From NCBI RefSeq assembly GCF_964204645.1, contig NC_134027.1:6542485-6606484 (forward strand): a stretch of 64,000 bases of DNA, read 5' to 3'. The notes below the pieces were generated by a model. The model did not search any database. It was given only the letters and a program-made list of their open reading frames with translations, and was not told the origin of the DNA. This DNA is from Tubulanus polymorphus. Its lineage: Eukaryota; Animalia; Nemertea. Of this stretch, positions 10,885 to 27,404 are shown one piece after another (position 1 is the stretch's first letter; each line of letters starts with the position of its first letter). Position numbers and translations under genes: made by a program.

Positions 10885-13115
10885 ATGGATTGGGGATACA
10901 CAGAATGGAATGGTAAATTTAAAAATGATTATTTCAATGAACATCGCGTTCTAATTGACTAAAATATTAATTCATATTCATTAACGAAATGATGTTCTAG
11001 TAATTGTGACAAAAAGCTGAGAGCAATCATTCGAATATTGTATGTTATATGGCGTCAGTGCTATATCAATTTGCCTATAAGTTGACATCAAGATTAATTG
11101 ATGATATCTGGTTTTCACGGATGGGAAACATCTCATCAGTTCATTAGTGATATATATTACGAGCAGATAATTGAGCACCGACGGAAATGATTTCCCCATG
11201 AATTATTCAGTCAGCACTTCTGTTTTATTACAATAGATTTTAAATTTTTTTCGTATTAGAAAATGATTCGATAATTACCTACTGAACCCCTTCCGTTTAC
11301 GATACTACGTATGTGGAAATTAGAAAAAATCAATTATTCTAAACGATTAGCAAATAATCATTCATGTCTCAAAATCTGGGGTGGGAGGTTGTTATTCCAT
11401 AAATAGAAAGTACAGTCATTTTTTTCATTTTTTGTGTATTGTGAAATAAAACTAATTTGTTATTCAAAGGACCGGACACTTGGAAAGCGCACTACCCAGT
11501 CGCTGCCGGTAATCGACAAAGTCCCATCGATATCAAGACCAATAACGTCGACTGTGATTTGTCCTTGGGCGAGATGAACATTCATTACGCTCCACAAAAT
11601 TGTCTTTACATTGAAAACACTGGACGCGGCGCTCAGGTATCGGTAGATGGTGAAGGCTCATGTAAGTATATGCAAACTAAATAGACTCCAAAACGAAATT
11701 TAAAAAAATTATGTCTATTCCATGGTTCAACTATGCAGTCAATGAATATGCATGCTTGATTATAATCACCGTTAGGTTTGGTAGGTGGTGGTTTAAAACC
11801 GTACGGAAAATTCCAATTGGCACAGTTCCATTTTCACTGGGGCCAAAATAACGGAGAAGGTTCGGAGCATACATTAGATGGAAAACGATTTGCGGCCGAG
11901 GTTAGTCAATCCAAGCAGTAATTACCGTTGTGACACATCAGCATTCTTATCGAACATTGTCAACAATGTTTCCACATGTATGAACATATCCAGTTTTTCC
12001 CACTTAATGTTCTATCAAATATCCACTCATTTCACTAACCACATGAACTCAAAAAATAGTCTGCCATATTTGATGTATTAATGTTTTTTGTCATTATTAC
12101 ATTATGTTGGAACATTATTTCAAGCGATGGAAATTCACTTGGATCCAATTTCCCAAGACGTCGCATTGATAAAACTTATTTTCGATGGGCATACGCAATA
12201 CATCTGAATTGACTGACATTATTGCAGCTACATTTGGTTCATTGGAATACAACTCAGTATAGGACGGTTGAAGAGGCGATGCATTCACCAAATGGTCTAG
12301 CTGTTCTCGGTGTTTTTATCAAGGTAGCCACATTTATCATTGGATATTTACCAGTAAATCAGATTTTGATGGGGTTTATATGATTATTAGATCATTTAAC
12401 AGCGCACTAGCGCTAAAAAAACAAATGAAACGAATATAAAATCGTCCTTATCATCTGCTCAATCTCATGAGCCGAAGATTCCACGTGTAAGATTACACAT
12501 ATCAAACCTACATTTGTTAAAGAACTTACGATGCATATTTTTCTTGACGTTTGGGTTTAGGTTGGAAAGGAAAATCCCGCTTTTACAGAATTAGAAAAAT
12601 ACATCCAGCAAGTCACTTTCAGCGGTCAGAAAATGGAAATGGATTCTTTTGATCCAAAACTACTACTTCCAGGTAGAACATGATATCGATTTATCAGAAG
12701 GGAGAATATGTTGCGATCCATCATTATTTTAACGTAGTATAATATCGAATTCAATAATTGCGCTGATAATAACTTCATCCTTTTATCTTTATATTTTTCA
12801 GAAAAATTGAATCATTACTATTTCTATCATGGTTCGTTGACTACGCCACCCTGCTATGAAAGTGTACTATGGACTGTGTTCCAGAAACCTATACAATTAT
12901 CGGAAGAACAGGTAAAGATTTCGTGTTACCTGCACTTTACTATTCACTATATGTTATTTACGTATTTTCCACAACGCGTTTTCTCTTTTTAGCTGGAATT
13001 GTTTAGATCGTTGTCTAGTTGTGAACCAGGTACTGGTCATACGTGTATAACTCACAACTATCGACCTCCTTGTCCCATTGGTGACAGACGCGTGAGGGCC
13101 TCGTTCATTGGTTGA
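10885..13115 (+). CDS. Cytosolic alpha-carbonic anhydrase (261 aa from MDWGY)
   Basis: Exons 10885-10912, 11470-11661, 11776-11900, 12228-12323, 12561-12672, 12802-12911, 12993-13115; 786 nt in frame. Motifs [42 protein letters not shown]. All three Zn-ligand His are present; no signal peptide. Confidence 0.96.
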
Positions 13116-16100
13116 ACTCGGTTCCGATTCGAGCTGGCAGGCGCGTTTTGTCTTCAAGCCTTCGTCTGACATCCCAAACGTTATTCATATAACAATTCCA
13201 CTGAGATCTAAAAATAATGCTTAAATTTCGAATTGGGGAAAAGTAGCAATAATCATAATAACGGATAAAACAAATCGGGTAAAATGATGTTGATTGAGCC
13301 TATTTATAGGAAATTTGTGATTAATACTCGTCAGGAAATATATTTATTAATGTAGAGATATTACTACTTAAGTAATTTGCATTCTTTTTTACTTCGTGCG
13401 TAAGTTTTATGATGATTTACATTACTTCGTATATATCTATCTATTGATGCAATTTGATGTATAACAATGCTCAGTTCCTCAAAAATTTGAGCAATAAAAT
13501 TGAGCTTGAAAATTTACGTTTCAGTAAGAAATTGAAAAAATGTACATGCCACGTTTGCACCCAGGGTACCATTTAAAAGTTAGAAATCTATACAATATTC
13601 CCAATTGATGAGTATCGTATCATTAACCGACTTGCATCAAACAATTCCTATCAATGCAATGACCGCACCTTCGATCAATGGCTTAGAGTAATCTAAAAGA
13701 ATAGGAAATAAGGAAGGAATATAGAAATTTTGTTTTTCATAAAATAGGATATATTATGGTGTCAAATATTGTATTGACACTGATAGCTATTATATTTGGC
13801 ACCGAAACAAAACTCAGACCAAAGCACAGGATTTCAAGTCAAACGCTACAACAACTAACTATGCTTTGAAAAGTTTCTTCCGAAAAGTTACTAATCAGTT
13901 CATTATTAGAAATCGGCCTTGGCGCCATTTTATTTTTGAATGTTACGCACCCTCCCTCATGTGAGAAGTTTTTTTTTACAGAAATGTTTTACTCAATGCA
14001 TGATTTTGAAAATGTCATGAATGTCGTCTTGTTAATGGCTTAACGATTCGTTGATCTTCCGATGAAAACTTAAAACATAAACGTTACGTTTCAACATTGT
14101 ATGTACTTTATACATGTATGTACATAATCGTGTTTAAACACTCCTGACATTCCTCAACCCGTAAGAAAAAAGAATCTGTAAAATTCCCTGATACAGCCGG
14201 ATACAAAATACTTGCACTCAAGCTCGCTACGTGTACTTATATTTTTGAGTGTGTGTCTTGGCTTTATTTCTAAGCGTAAATTGCCTCTCATGTTAGTTAC
14301 TCTTACACGTGTTGACTTTCTCAAGTGTTTTTTTCGCTTTAATTTTCCATTTCTGCACGCATGATTTTAGCAACCTCCTTCCGGGACAATCAGTAGTTTG
14401 GGCTCGACGTTATAGACATAAGATTTGTATATCCACTTGCTCAACTTGCTCGAAGTAAGAAACAAAATCATGATGATGTAATGATTACTTACAAAAACCT
14501 TTCTGGTGACTTACTCAAATTCCAGAAAGGCATTTTAGATTCTAGGTAATACTATTGTCTGTGATAGTTACTATAACCATTGAGTTCTATGCTATAACTA
14601 CCTTTCATTGTTACTGTTACAACTGTAGTATATGTACATGTATATAATATCTCTGTAGAATAAAGGATGTTTGAATTATGAGAAGAGAAGTGCATTTTTG
14701 TTTTTTTTTCTAATCTGACGGCGCTTTTGTCTCGTACGCTGAAATAGATGCGAAATGATCTCGATGGACGGGTATATTGTTCAGGCTCGCTGCAATTCAC
14801 TGGAACCGTATGAGCTGATTCGAGACGTGTTATAGAAGAAGTCGCAGAAATTGCAAATATTTTTCAGCAAATTTTTTTGTTTTATTGCGCGATAAAACGA
14901 ACTTTTAGGCTTTACTGAAACGAATTGCAACGTGTGGGACTTGTTTTTCTACATGTCCGCATCGGCCAACAAAGGAACCAGCCTTATTTAGAAAATGAAA
15001 ATAAAAGTCGCCTCCTTTGGGGCCTACAATTGAGTAGACCCCAACTTATTTGGTTACCTATATTTTATGCATATTTCGAGCTGGATTAGATAAAGCATGA
15101 ATGAATGAAGCTGCTCTCACAAAAGGAATCGTTTTTAGGTTGATTTATGGCATTGGTAGATTGAACGGAATCCAGCACAACCAAATAAGGACCAATAATC
15201 AATAATATGGCAGGTCTGGCATAACAGGGAGATCCCATTTAAACTTCTATTACCATGGAAATACATGTGTCTTCGCATGTTTTATATCGAATAAGCGCAT
15301 TACTGGTGCGCCGATTATCTAAATCGCAGCTAAAAGAATTGATTGCAAACTTCGAAATTTAAGATGATTATGCTGTGCGGATCTAAAAATCTATCAAAAA
15401 CATCACGTGGTTCTATCGGCAAAGGCATACACGGCATGGAAACAAACGGAAAAATTTAGTTAAACGGGAACTAGATAAAAAGCTAGTAGCTGCTTGTCAG
15501 GAAGTAACTTGATCTTGGAACTATTCTTCGGTGAAAAGTATCAAAGCCCACTATAAAACGCACGTAATCATCATTGTATCTGTATCTGGTGTTACAGAAT
15601 GGTGTTACAGAATAATAATAAGGAAAAAGGACGGTGTCCGACCAGACGATATCAGAGCACTGCGGATTTCAGACATGAAATATAGATGAAAATGAAAGTC
15701 CGTTAGCAGGTCGCCTTCTTTTTTATCATCATCATCAATCTGCGCGCTTGTATCAAATGGAATTAGTCAGAAATACGGAATTGATTATTTTATTTGTTAC
15801 AAACGTGACCTGACTAAAAGTCGCAGCATCAAACTAAACTACATCTCTAGTAATAAAGTACTCAGCGAGAATATCGTTCGTGCGATATGAGCAACTACAG
15901 GTGCTAATTATTACTGTTAATCGATAGAAAACGTAATAAGAAGGCTTACGCTTTAATACAATAATACTAGATAATGCCTAAGTGATCGTCTCAAATATTC
16001 TTGCGACATAAAATCGGCACCTATACTTTCCGTTGTCATTAATCGATGATATTTGCGAGGGACAAATGCTCGATGCGAGAGAAAACTTAGTGAGAGAAAT

Positions 16101-16135
16101 AACACAAAAATAAGAACGATTTAAAGAACGAGGCA

Positions 16136-19100
16136 ATGGTTTATTTCTTGCTGGTTTTATTGGTTATGTCGTTGGAACGTTGCGGGGTGCGGGCCGACCA
16201 GTGTCAGCAAACATGCGTACATGACCCAGCGGCGACGCAACGCTCGTGTAAGTACGAGAAATGGCCGAATTCGACCGGGGTGAAAACGGTCGCTATCTTG
16301 AAAGCAGTTGATAGCAGATCGATGATGGATTGCGGTGTAAAATGTACCGAGGATCCAATCTGTAATTGTTTCCTGTTCGACAGTGCCACGAAGGAATGTC
16401 GGATGTCTCAGAAGACATGGGTAGGTTTTTTGCTTTTTCGATGGTACAATGAAAAAGAGTTGCATGTTGTCGGGATATGCTGTCACGACACTTCATTCAA
16501 CTTAAGTATGTTTTGTAGATTTCGATTAGAATGTACATGTATATGAAAACTGATGGAAAAAATTGATTTGCTCGTTATGTTTTATTTCTTTACTTTCTTG
16601 CATATTGCTGTAAATTATTAAATCAGACGAAATACACGACCGCACCACTGACCACGACAACTACAACCACTCAGACCTCGACGACAACTACACCACCAAC
16701 AACGACCACCACAGTATGTTTTCTAGTTTAACATTTCCGCTCTAGCCTTCCTAGCTTTAGATACGAAAAGAACGAAATGTATATTATTGAACAATTATCT
16801 GGAAGTCAACCTCTCTTTTAGCTAACGACGACCACCACCGGCCCAGTGGTAGTACCTAAACCTTATTATGTTCCTAAATACACATACTACTTTCCCATGG
16901 ATCTAACAGCAGAAGGTTCGAATTTCCCGATAAATATATGGGTATGTTTAAATATACATATATGAGGCACAGGACATGGATAATTTTAGCCTCTCTGTCC
17001 CCTTTGGAGAGGGCTAAATCGACATTTCTTGTAAGATATATACATTATTTTCAGGGTAACGGAATGTTTTCCACAATTGTAAAAAAGGAAGCCGACAGCG
17101 CTTTGTTCGTGAAATTTTCTATACCGATGGGAACTGGAAGCGCAGCCGGCGCCTGTGCTAGATTTTATGTGGTTTTCAATAGCAAAGAATGCGCAAACCC
17201 AGGCCCCATTGATACCGTTCTCTACGAGGGTGGGAATAACTTGAAAATGATGAACCCTCACACAGGTAAGCTTAAAAGGAATGGAACAGATTCACACGCT
17301 CCCGCACTCTAGCAATTTGAATCAGACTAGTGAAAACTGATGCATCAACAAATATAACTTTAAGATTTTGTCCATTAAAGGGCAAGAAATGTCTAATACA
17401 CAATAGTTATTTGAATGAAACATCAGTTTCGACAATTGTGTTGTCTTTAGTTGCTGGTATTTGCGAAGGTCTAGCAAAGGGCAATGTAGACATACAAGTA
17501 CACACAGCAGCGTGCCCTTCGAAATCTGTTGGGACACTCAGAGCTGGATACGGGGTGAAATCAAGAATCATTGTCGAGGAACTCACAAAATCCGGTAATG
17601 TTTATACCATTTATTGCATTTTCTACATTTTAGTTACAAATACACAATTCATTCGATAATTAAGGATACAAACAACACTTATTGAGCACTAGAAAATTAC
17701 ATGGTTTTTCATTTGTTTTCTGTAGCATGAGACACTATAGTGTTTCTCTGTTTGTGCCTCTTTTAGCTACGCCAACTGGGCGTCTTACTTATCAGTACCT
17801 ATTGGAAACATCCAGTGACTTTTCATCACCACCAAATGTCCCAAGCTCGGCGTCTCAAACATTCGTAGGTTCTATTGATGAATAGCAAGTTGCGGAGATA
17901 TGCAATTCAAACATTCAGTGAATTTTATCTTTATTTTGGATCTTGTGTATCTTTTGGAAATAAGTCCATTCATTCATGATCAACTTCGTCTTGCAGAGTT
18001 TTTATTTCAAGAAGAACAGCATGACGAGTGATCTTCATGTTTCGATGTTCGGAACAATCGGAACGTTTCATGGTAGTGGATTCGGGTCGTGGAAAATCCT
18101 GAAGTTAAAATTCAACAAAGCTGACTGCACGAATCCTGGACCGATAAAATCATCGATTGGTTCGTATGATAAAAGCGATAGAGCTAGAAACGTAGTAGGT
18201 AAATAATATGTAATTGATAAAAACACCTTACATTCCAATCAGAGGTTCTTAACATATCATATAGTATACAATATACATTTTTTTCTATTATATAAGTGAG
18301 TGGTATTTGTAAGGGGTTGTCGAAAGGAATCATAGAGATCACTTTTGATGTGAGCAACAGTGGGTCGACTGCATCCATACCGAAAATTAACTATGGTTCG
18401 ATACCAAGAGTTATCATAGAAGAATATGAACCAAATGCAGGTCAGTTTTAAGCCACCATCACAATTTAGCCCGAGCCTGATCCGTGCCAATTTGGCCCGG
18501 GCCAAATCGTCTCCGTGTGATCGCGGCTATAGCGTGAAAAAGATACTGCTACAGTATCGAAAGCTCGTTCTTTGTATTAAGTTAACCTTCGATGTACCAT
18601 TCGTCTTAACTATGCATACTTAACGTTTATCAACTTTTCAAACAATCGGCGTTGATGGTCAGAATAGGATTTGCAACATGTAAATGATGAATGAAACATT
18701 TTCTTGATGTTCCAGGAAGTTCGGTGATTTCGTCTCTTGGAAAGGCTAACTTCAAACAGCTAACGTTTTCTAATGTTAAACAGCTGAACTTGAACAACGT
18801 CGTTATCGTGAGTAACTGCACTGTATCTCAGATTGCTAAGAAGCTTTCTTCGAAAAAATAATCTTTGGATATATAAATATATTTCAGTCTATGTCATACA
18901 CGAAGGCAAGTTCTACGTCTGGGCTGAGAATTCGGTTTACGTCAGTCGGGTCGCGTGTCAAATGTGGCAGCTATCCGCACTGTTTCAGATACGTTATTCA
19001 AGTAGACAACCAGGACTGTAAAATTGACACAGCCACTGAAATCTACGAAGCGAGCGAATTCTTTAATTTCCCGATTCAAGGTAAGTTTCGTGACGAGTTT

Positions 19101-19885
19101 CTTGATGGGGTCCAAATAAACCTTGACAGATCCAGTTCAACTGAACCTCAATTTGACAATTCTGAAATTTCTAAAAAAAATTCTTGTTAGTTTATTGATA
19201 ATAACAAAAATACATAAAGAGGATGTATTTTTGATAATAATGATAATAATTCATTTTCTTGATATAGCGTAATGTCTACACAGTATTCTCTGCGCTTTAC
19301 TAAAATTAGAAAATAGATTTAAGATGCAATCATAGGTGAAATACTCGACTTCAAGATGACGGATCATTACCAATTTGTTAAAAACATTAAGACAAAGTAG
19401 GTTCGTTTAAAAAGATGCGTTTCCAGATTTGATTTAAATGTTCCGACTGTAGGACTAGATCTAATATGACTAGGCAGACCCTTCCAAAGTATAGGAGCAG
19501 CAAATTAAAAAATTTAGCAAAATTAGCAAAATTTCTATACATGTACTATTAGGTTTCACCAGTTGATAAAAGTCATGCCTGGAACGAAGACGTCTAGTTG
19601 GTACATGCACATTTATCGATGATTTTTAGTTTTAATTTTCCATTAATGAATGGAGGCATTCAACATCATGTTTTCTATAGAGCTCAACAGTTGTCCCAGT
19701 TTTTTTCAGTTGATGGTGTCTGCGACAGAATGCTTAGCGCCGGTTCAAAGACTGTATCGGTAAAGTTAATGTCGTGTCCGAACATAGCTCCGTCCTGCAC
19801 GACCAAGACCGGCTCTGATAAGGCGATATCAAGTCTTGACGTAGAAGAAGTCAACTCGTCCCTGATTCAAATGACCATGGGTTAG
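16136..19885 (+). CDS. Secreted 583-aa protein: signal peptide, PAN/apple domain, Thr-rich stalk, three CTHRC1 C-terminal-like domains
   Basis: 11 exons: 16136-16420, 16627-16713, 16822-16941, 17055-17265, 17451-17594, 17767-17864, 17997-18198, 18297-18440, 18716-18807, 18888-19080, 19710-19885; all GT-AG, 1752 nt in frame. PAN pattern CGVKC....CNCFLFD....C. Domain 1 motifs SALFVKFS..CARFYVVFNSKECANPGPID..VAGICEGLAKGNVDI..SRIIVEEL parallel CTHRC1 [51 protein letters not shown] (recalled). Confidence 0.85.
18451..18528. mobile_element. Internally deleted MITE of the AGCCGCGATCACAC family
   Basis: Ends GTGTGATCGCGGCT and matches the right end of the copies at 47972 and 57391. Lies 10 nt into an intron. 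Confidence 0.75.
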
Positions 19886-20037
19886 AATGATCATTAACCA
19901 TTTTCGAGTCAGTAGCAGCATGTCAAAAATGTTAGGATGGTTATTATATTTGGTCAAAAGTACTTTGTCATAAATGACGTTGACCTTCTGTTTATAGAAA
20001 AAACGATATATAAACATATCTACGTATATTTCATTTT

Positions 20038-20991
20038 TTACGGTTGTTTGGTTATTTTCAAAATTTGTTTCGTTCGCTGAATTACGTAAAGCCTTATTTC
20101 GTCACCTGCTAATAGATAAACGTAAAAATTGATGGCGGAATTAGCGGCATACACGGTACCGACGACGGATGCTGCCAGGTGGGTAATCTCCAGGTGAGTA
20201 GTTATCACCACGACTGAGGCGCATGGAAATGTCAATATTGCGAACAAGAACGACACAGTCAACACCAGAATTGAAGCTTTCCGTGTGGCAGCTGATTTCT
20301 TAGAACTTTTTGCGAAGGATTCGCTGTTCCGTAAAAGTTTTATGAGCAGTACGTTCAGAGTCAAGATGCTGACAATCGGAATGTATATTGTGGCCATAGG
20401 CGCCACGGTTAGGTAGATAACGCCCCAGAAATGAAGCAAAGCGCACATACTTATTGTCTCGTCGTAGCCAACGGCTTTGAATATCAGTAACATATAGGTT
20501 GAAAAAATGGTAGAACTCAGGATTAGCATGACTTTACGTGAAAATGCAGGTGTTGCAATAGTTTTCGCTGTGAATGGCCAAACGACAACGGCAAACCGTT
20601 CAGCGGTGATGATGACAACCAACATGGAGCTGATGGTGTCGACTGTCTGACCACTGTATTCGTAAATAAAACAAGCAATATCGCTCGTAAAAATGATTAT
20701 TCGTGGTGACAATAGGTAGTTGACGAAAGGTGCAGTATAACCCAGCAACGTGAAAGTATCGGCTATGGCCAGACCAGCCAGATATTGCGAATACGAATAC
20801 ACGCGAAAACGCTTGCTCGTCATGACTAGAAAACTGGAAATATTGCCGAAAAGTCCAGTCACAGCTATCACAGGCAACACGTAGATTTGAACCTGACAAA
20901 CGATCCAGGGGCTGTTTCGCGGCGATTCGATGAATAAAGTAGTGTACCACGGTCGAGCCACGTATGGTGGCGCGTGTGGAGAATAATTCAT
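20038..20991 (-). CDS. Intronless class A GPCR, FMRFamide-receptor-like/orphan peptide-receptor group
   Basis: Seven hydrophobic segments; motifs GN, LAIAD, ERF..V..P, FP, NSAINFYVY. First ATG at 20991; the ORF stays open to 21051. Confidence 0.9.
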   Translation of the reverse strand: MNYSPHAPPYVARPWYTTLFIESPRNSPWIVCQVQIYVLPVIAVTGLFGNISSFLVMTSKRFRVYSYSQYLAGLAIADTFTLLGYTAPFVNYLLSPRIIIFTSDIACFIYEYSGQTVDTISSMLVVIITAERFAVVVWPFTAKTIATPAFSRKVMLILSSTIFSTYMLLIFKAVGYDETISMCALLHFWGVIYLTVAPMATIYIPIVSILTLNVLLIKLLRNSESFAKSSKKSAATRKASILVLTVSFLFAILTFPCASVVVITTHLEITHLAASVVGTVYAANSAINFYVYLLAGDEIRLYVIQRTKQILKITKQP

Positions 20992-21355
20992 GGTTTCAAA
21001 TTCATCATCTCGGTTCTCTTCGCCCAGGAATATCACGCTACATATGACCACGAGTGCGTGCTAGTACTGATTTCAATAAGATTTCGTGTTTATATTATTG
21101 TTCTAGCTTAGAAATGAAACTAATGGCATTTCTAGTATTGATACTCGATAGTGGCTCGAAAATACATTAGCGTTGTAACATTAGATCAAAAATACATAAA
21201 GAGAATTTTTGATTAGATGCATTAAAAGATGATGTCGTGATATATAAAGTTAAAATGTATTTCAAAAATAGACGTGCTATCTGGTACATTGAATAATACC
21301 AGCTTTACTGTACTGTACTTAATATTCATATGCTGGTATGTGTCATCAATAGTAC

Positions 21356-21391
21356 CAAAAATTCATAAAGACTAGTCTTTATGAATTTTTG
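21356..21391. mobile_element. 36-bp perfect palindromic insertion (CA...TG) with 7-bp TSD
   Basis: ATAGTAC | CAAAAATTCATAAAGACTAGTCTTTATGAATTTTTG | GTAGTAC. Confidence 0.7.
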
Positions 21392-23569
21392 GTAGTACTG
21401 GTTGCTGGAAATATCATCTAAAATTGAGTTTTAATTGTTTGTTCTTTTTTTGTTTAATAAGTTATATTTGTCGCTTTATTCTGCACAGTGGGTACATCCA
21501 AGTTCGAGCAATTATCATCAATTATTATAATGCACTTTATATTCCCACAATCGTCAACGCGTGAATTGAGAACAAAACAAGAAAAACGTAATTTTTCACT
21601 CAGTAGTTTATTTTTGTAGAAAATTATACAGAGGGTGATTAATTAAAAGCCAGTCACTACCGTAACAAAAACAGTGATTAATTTCATTTCATGAATACAC
21701 GATAAGCAGATCAACTACTGTCGATATGCTGTAACGTTCGTTAGACTATATACCCTAATTTCAATGATTTAACGATAAAAGGTGATATCGATTCAAAAGA
21801 GAGCCAGGAATATCCATAACCTGCTGGTGGCTACTAAATTTTATTGTTTCTTATTCCTCAACATATCCTCACAAACTTGAAACATTAATTTGATATATGA
21901 TAAATCACCAACGCAAACACGAACTTGATTTAACATGATTTCTTTTTAATTCTGCTAATTTGCCTATTGGAATGTTTAAAATGAAGATACCGAACAATTC
22001 CGAGAACTCCAACTACAGCAATACACCCTATTTCCGCAATCCCATGTAAAAATGAAGATTTTTTTTAATCAAAGGAGATCAGTTTGCGTTTTAACTTTAT
22101 ATCTATTGTTCATACATATACAATAAGTACCAAACCAGTATCGAACATATGTATGCGGACATTAGGACATTTTTTGTCTCACTTCCCAATTTTTTCATTT
22201 CTCAGAACTAACATCTGAACTCAAAGAAGTCGTTCATAGAACCAACTAAAATGGCGTTTTAGCTGCCGTGCAGGAAACAATACCAGTACATCTTCTATTT
22301 CTAACAAAAACAACGTATCAGTACTAACAATGACGATACATTAATCAATAATAATAATGATAATAAATAATAATAAAGCCTAGACATAAATAGACTATAT
22401 ACATGTGGATTTTGGCACGCAGAATGCAGATAATCCCTCTTATTTGACTCATGGAAATGAATCAATACTTTCATAGATACACTCCATTCTACTCATCTCA
22501 ATTAGGTAAAAGTAATACAAACCCACTATTTCAGGATCAGATGGGAAAATATATTAAAATACATACACAGTTCTCTATCTTATATCAGGTCAACAAATCA
22601 TCCATAGAAAACAATAAATACACATTACTACCCGTTAGTCCTGATGATTCACAGAACAATCCAAACACTTTCTTTAATTACTCAGATGTTTTCAATAAAT
22701 AATTAACATTTGATTTCAATTGTTTTTTTTTATTACTCATACCGGTGTCATAAATCATAATTTCATAAGTATAAATATATTCATGAGGAAAACTAGTTTC
22801 CAATGTTTTGAGCTGTATGGATGGAAGGTATTACGAAGTTTACATCTAGAACCAAGTTTGAATATAGAAGCAAAAATCTACAAACTGGCGAAATTTCAAA
22901 GTAAATGGTTAAAGCTTTTGAGTCAATATTTGAGTCGGTTTTAAAAAATTCACGAACATTCATTTAATAGAATTAATTGAAAACAAAATCTTTTATGCAC
23001 ACTGGTACGTCTTTACAAAATGGTAATGTGGTAGTTAGGTATAGTGTGGTTTATTTTTATTTAATTGAAAATAAATAGATGAAAATAAGTACATGTGCAT
23101 GCATTAGATTAGGGATTTGGCACTAATACCTTTGCATGAAATATGCAGCAAAGGAACGCAATTCATTATTTCTACAACCGACGAGATTCTCAAATGTGAA
23201 TCATAAACACTGTAAGATACAGAATATGATATTCAATACTTCACTTAGACAAGATCTATTTTAGCAAAAGTTATTCTTTTAATATTCTAGTTGGAGTTTA
23301 CTAACAACCATCTCTCTCTCTCTCTCTCTTGAATGCAAGAATTTATCATAGCACATCAATAAAATAAATACATTGCACATGAACATTCTACTTAGTAGAC
23401 TCTGCTTGCCTCAGGTTTCAAGGGATCAATCCACTTACTCATTATAGGGAAACCAATATTCCAAGGCAGTTGGAGCAATGATGAGGCATCATCACTCGAA
23501 TTGGAGTTGTTATTTTAAGAATTTTGTCAGAGGCAAGTTTTATCAAATGTAATAGCAAGATAATAATCG

Positions 23570-27057
<3,488 letters not shown>

Positions 27058-27404
27058 ATTGAAACAAATGTAGTTTCAATGACAACTGAGAGATAGCGCC
27101 ACTAGCCGGTGACTTTTTGCGCAATGCCTTTAGTAGGCCCCCAAATGTCGTTTATTGATTCCCTGCTTTATAGATATCATTTCTTTAATTTTCTTTAAAC
27201 AATAAATCTTCGATGATGAATATACTCATTATTATATGAGTATATATATTATATATAATGTTTATTTTTTGAAAGAGTGAAAATTCTTTCTCAGTACTAG
27301 TTTGACGTCCATAATGTGGCGCCATCTAACAAGTGCTTGTCGGTGTCCTCCATTTCTGTGGCGGTGTCCTGCTAATTTTTTTCCATTCCTAAACGCCTAT
27401 AATC
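27058..27404. promoter_or_regulatory. Bidirectional promoter NAMPT/ATP5F1C
   Basis: Start codons are 348 bp apart and diverge. AT-rich core with a hairpin at 27220-27245. GCGCCA-type (YY1/CTCF-like) motifs near 27096 and 27319. Confidence 0.7.
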
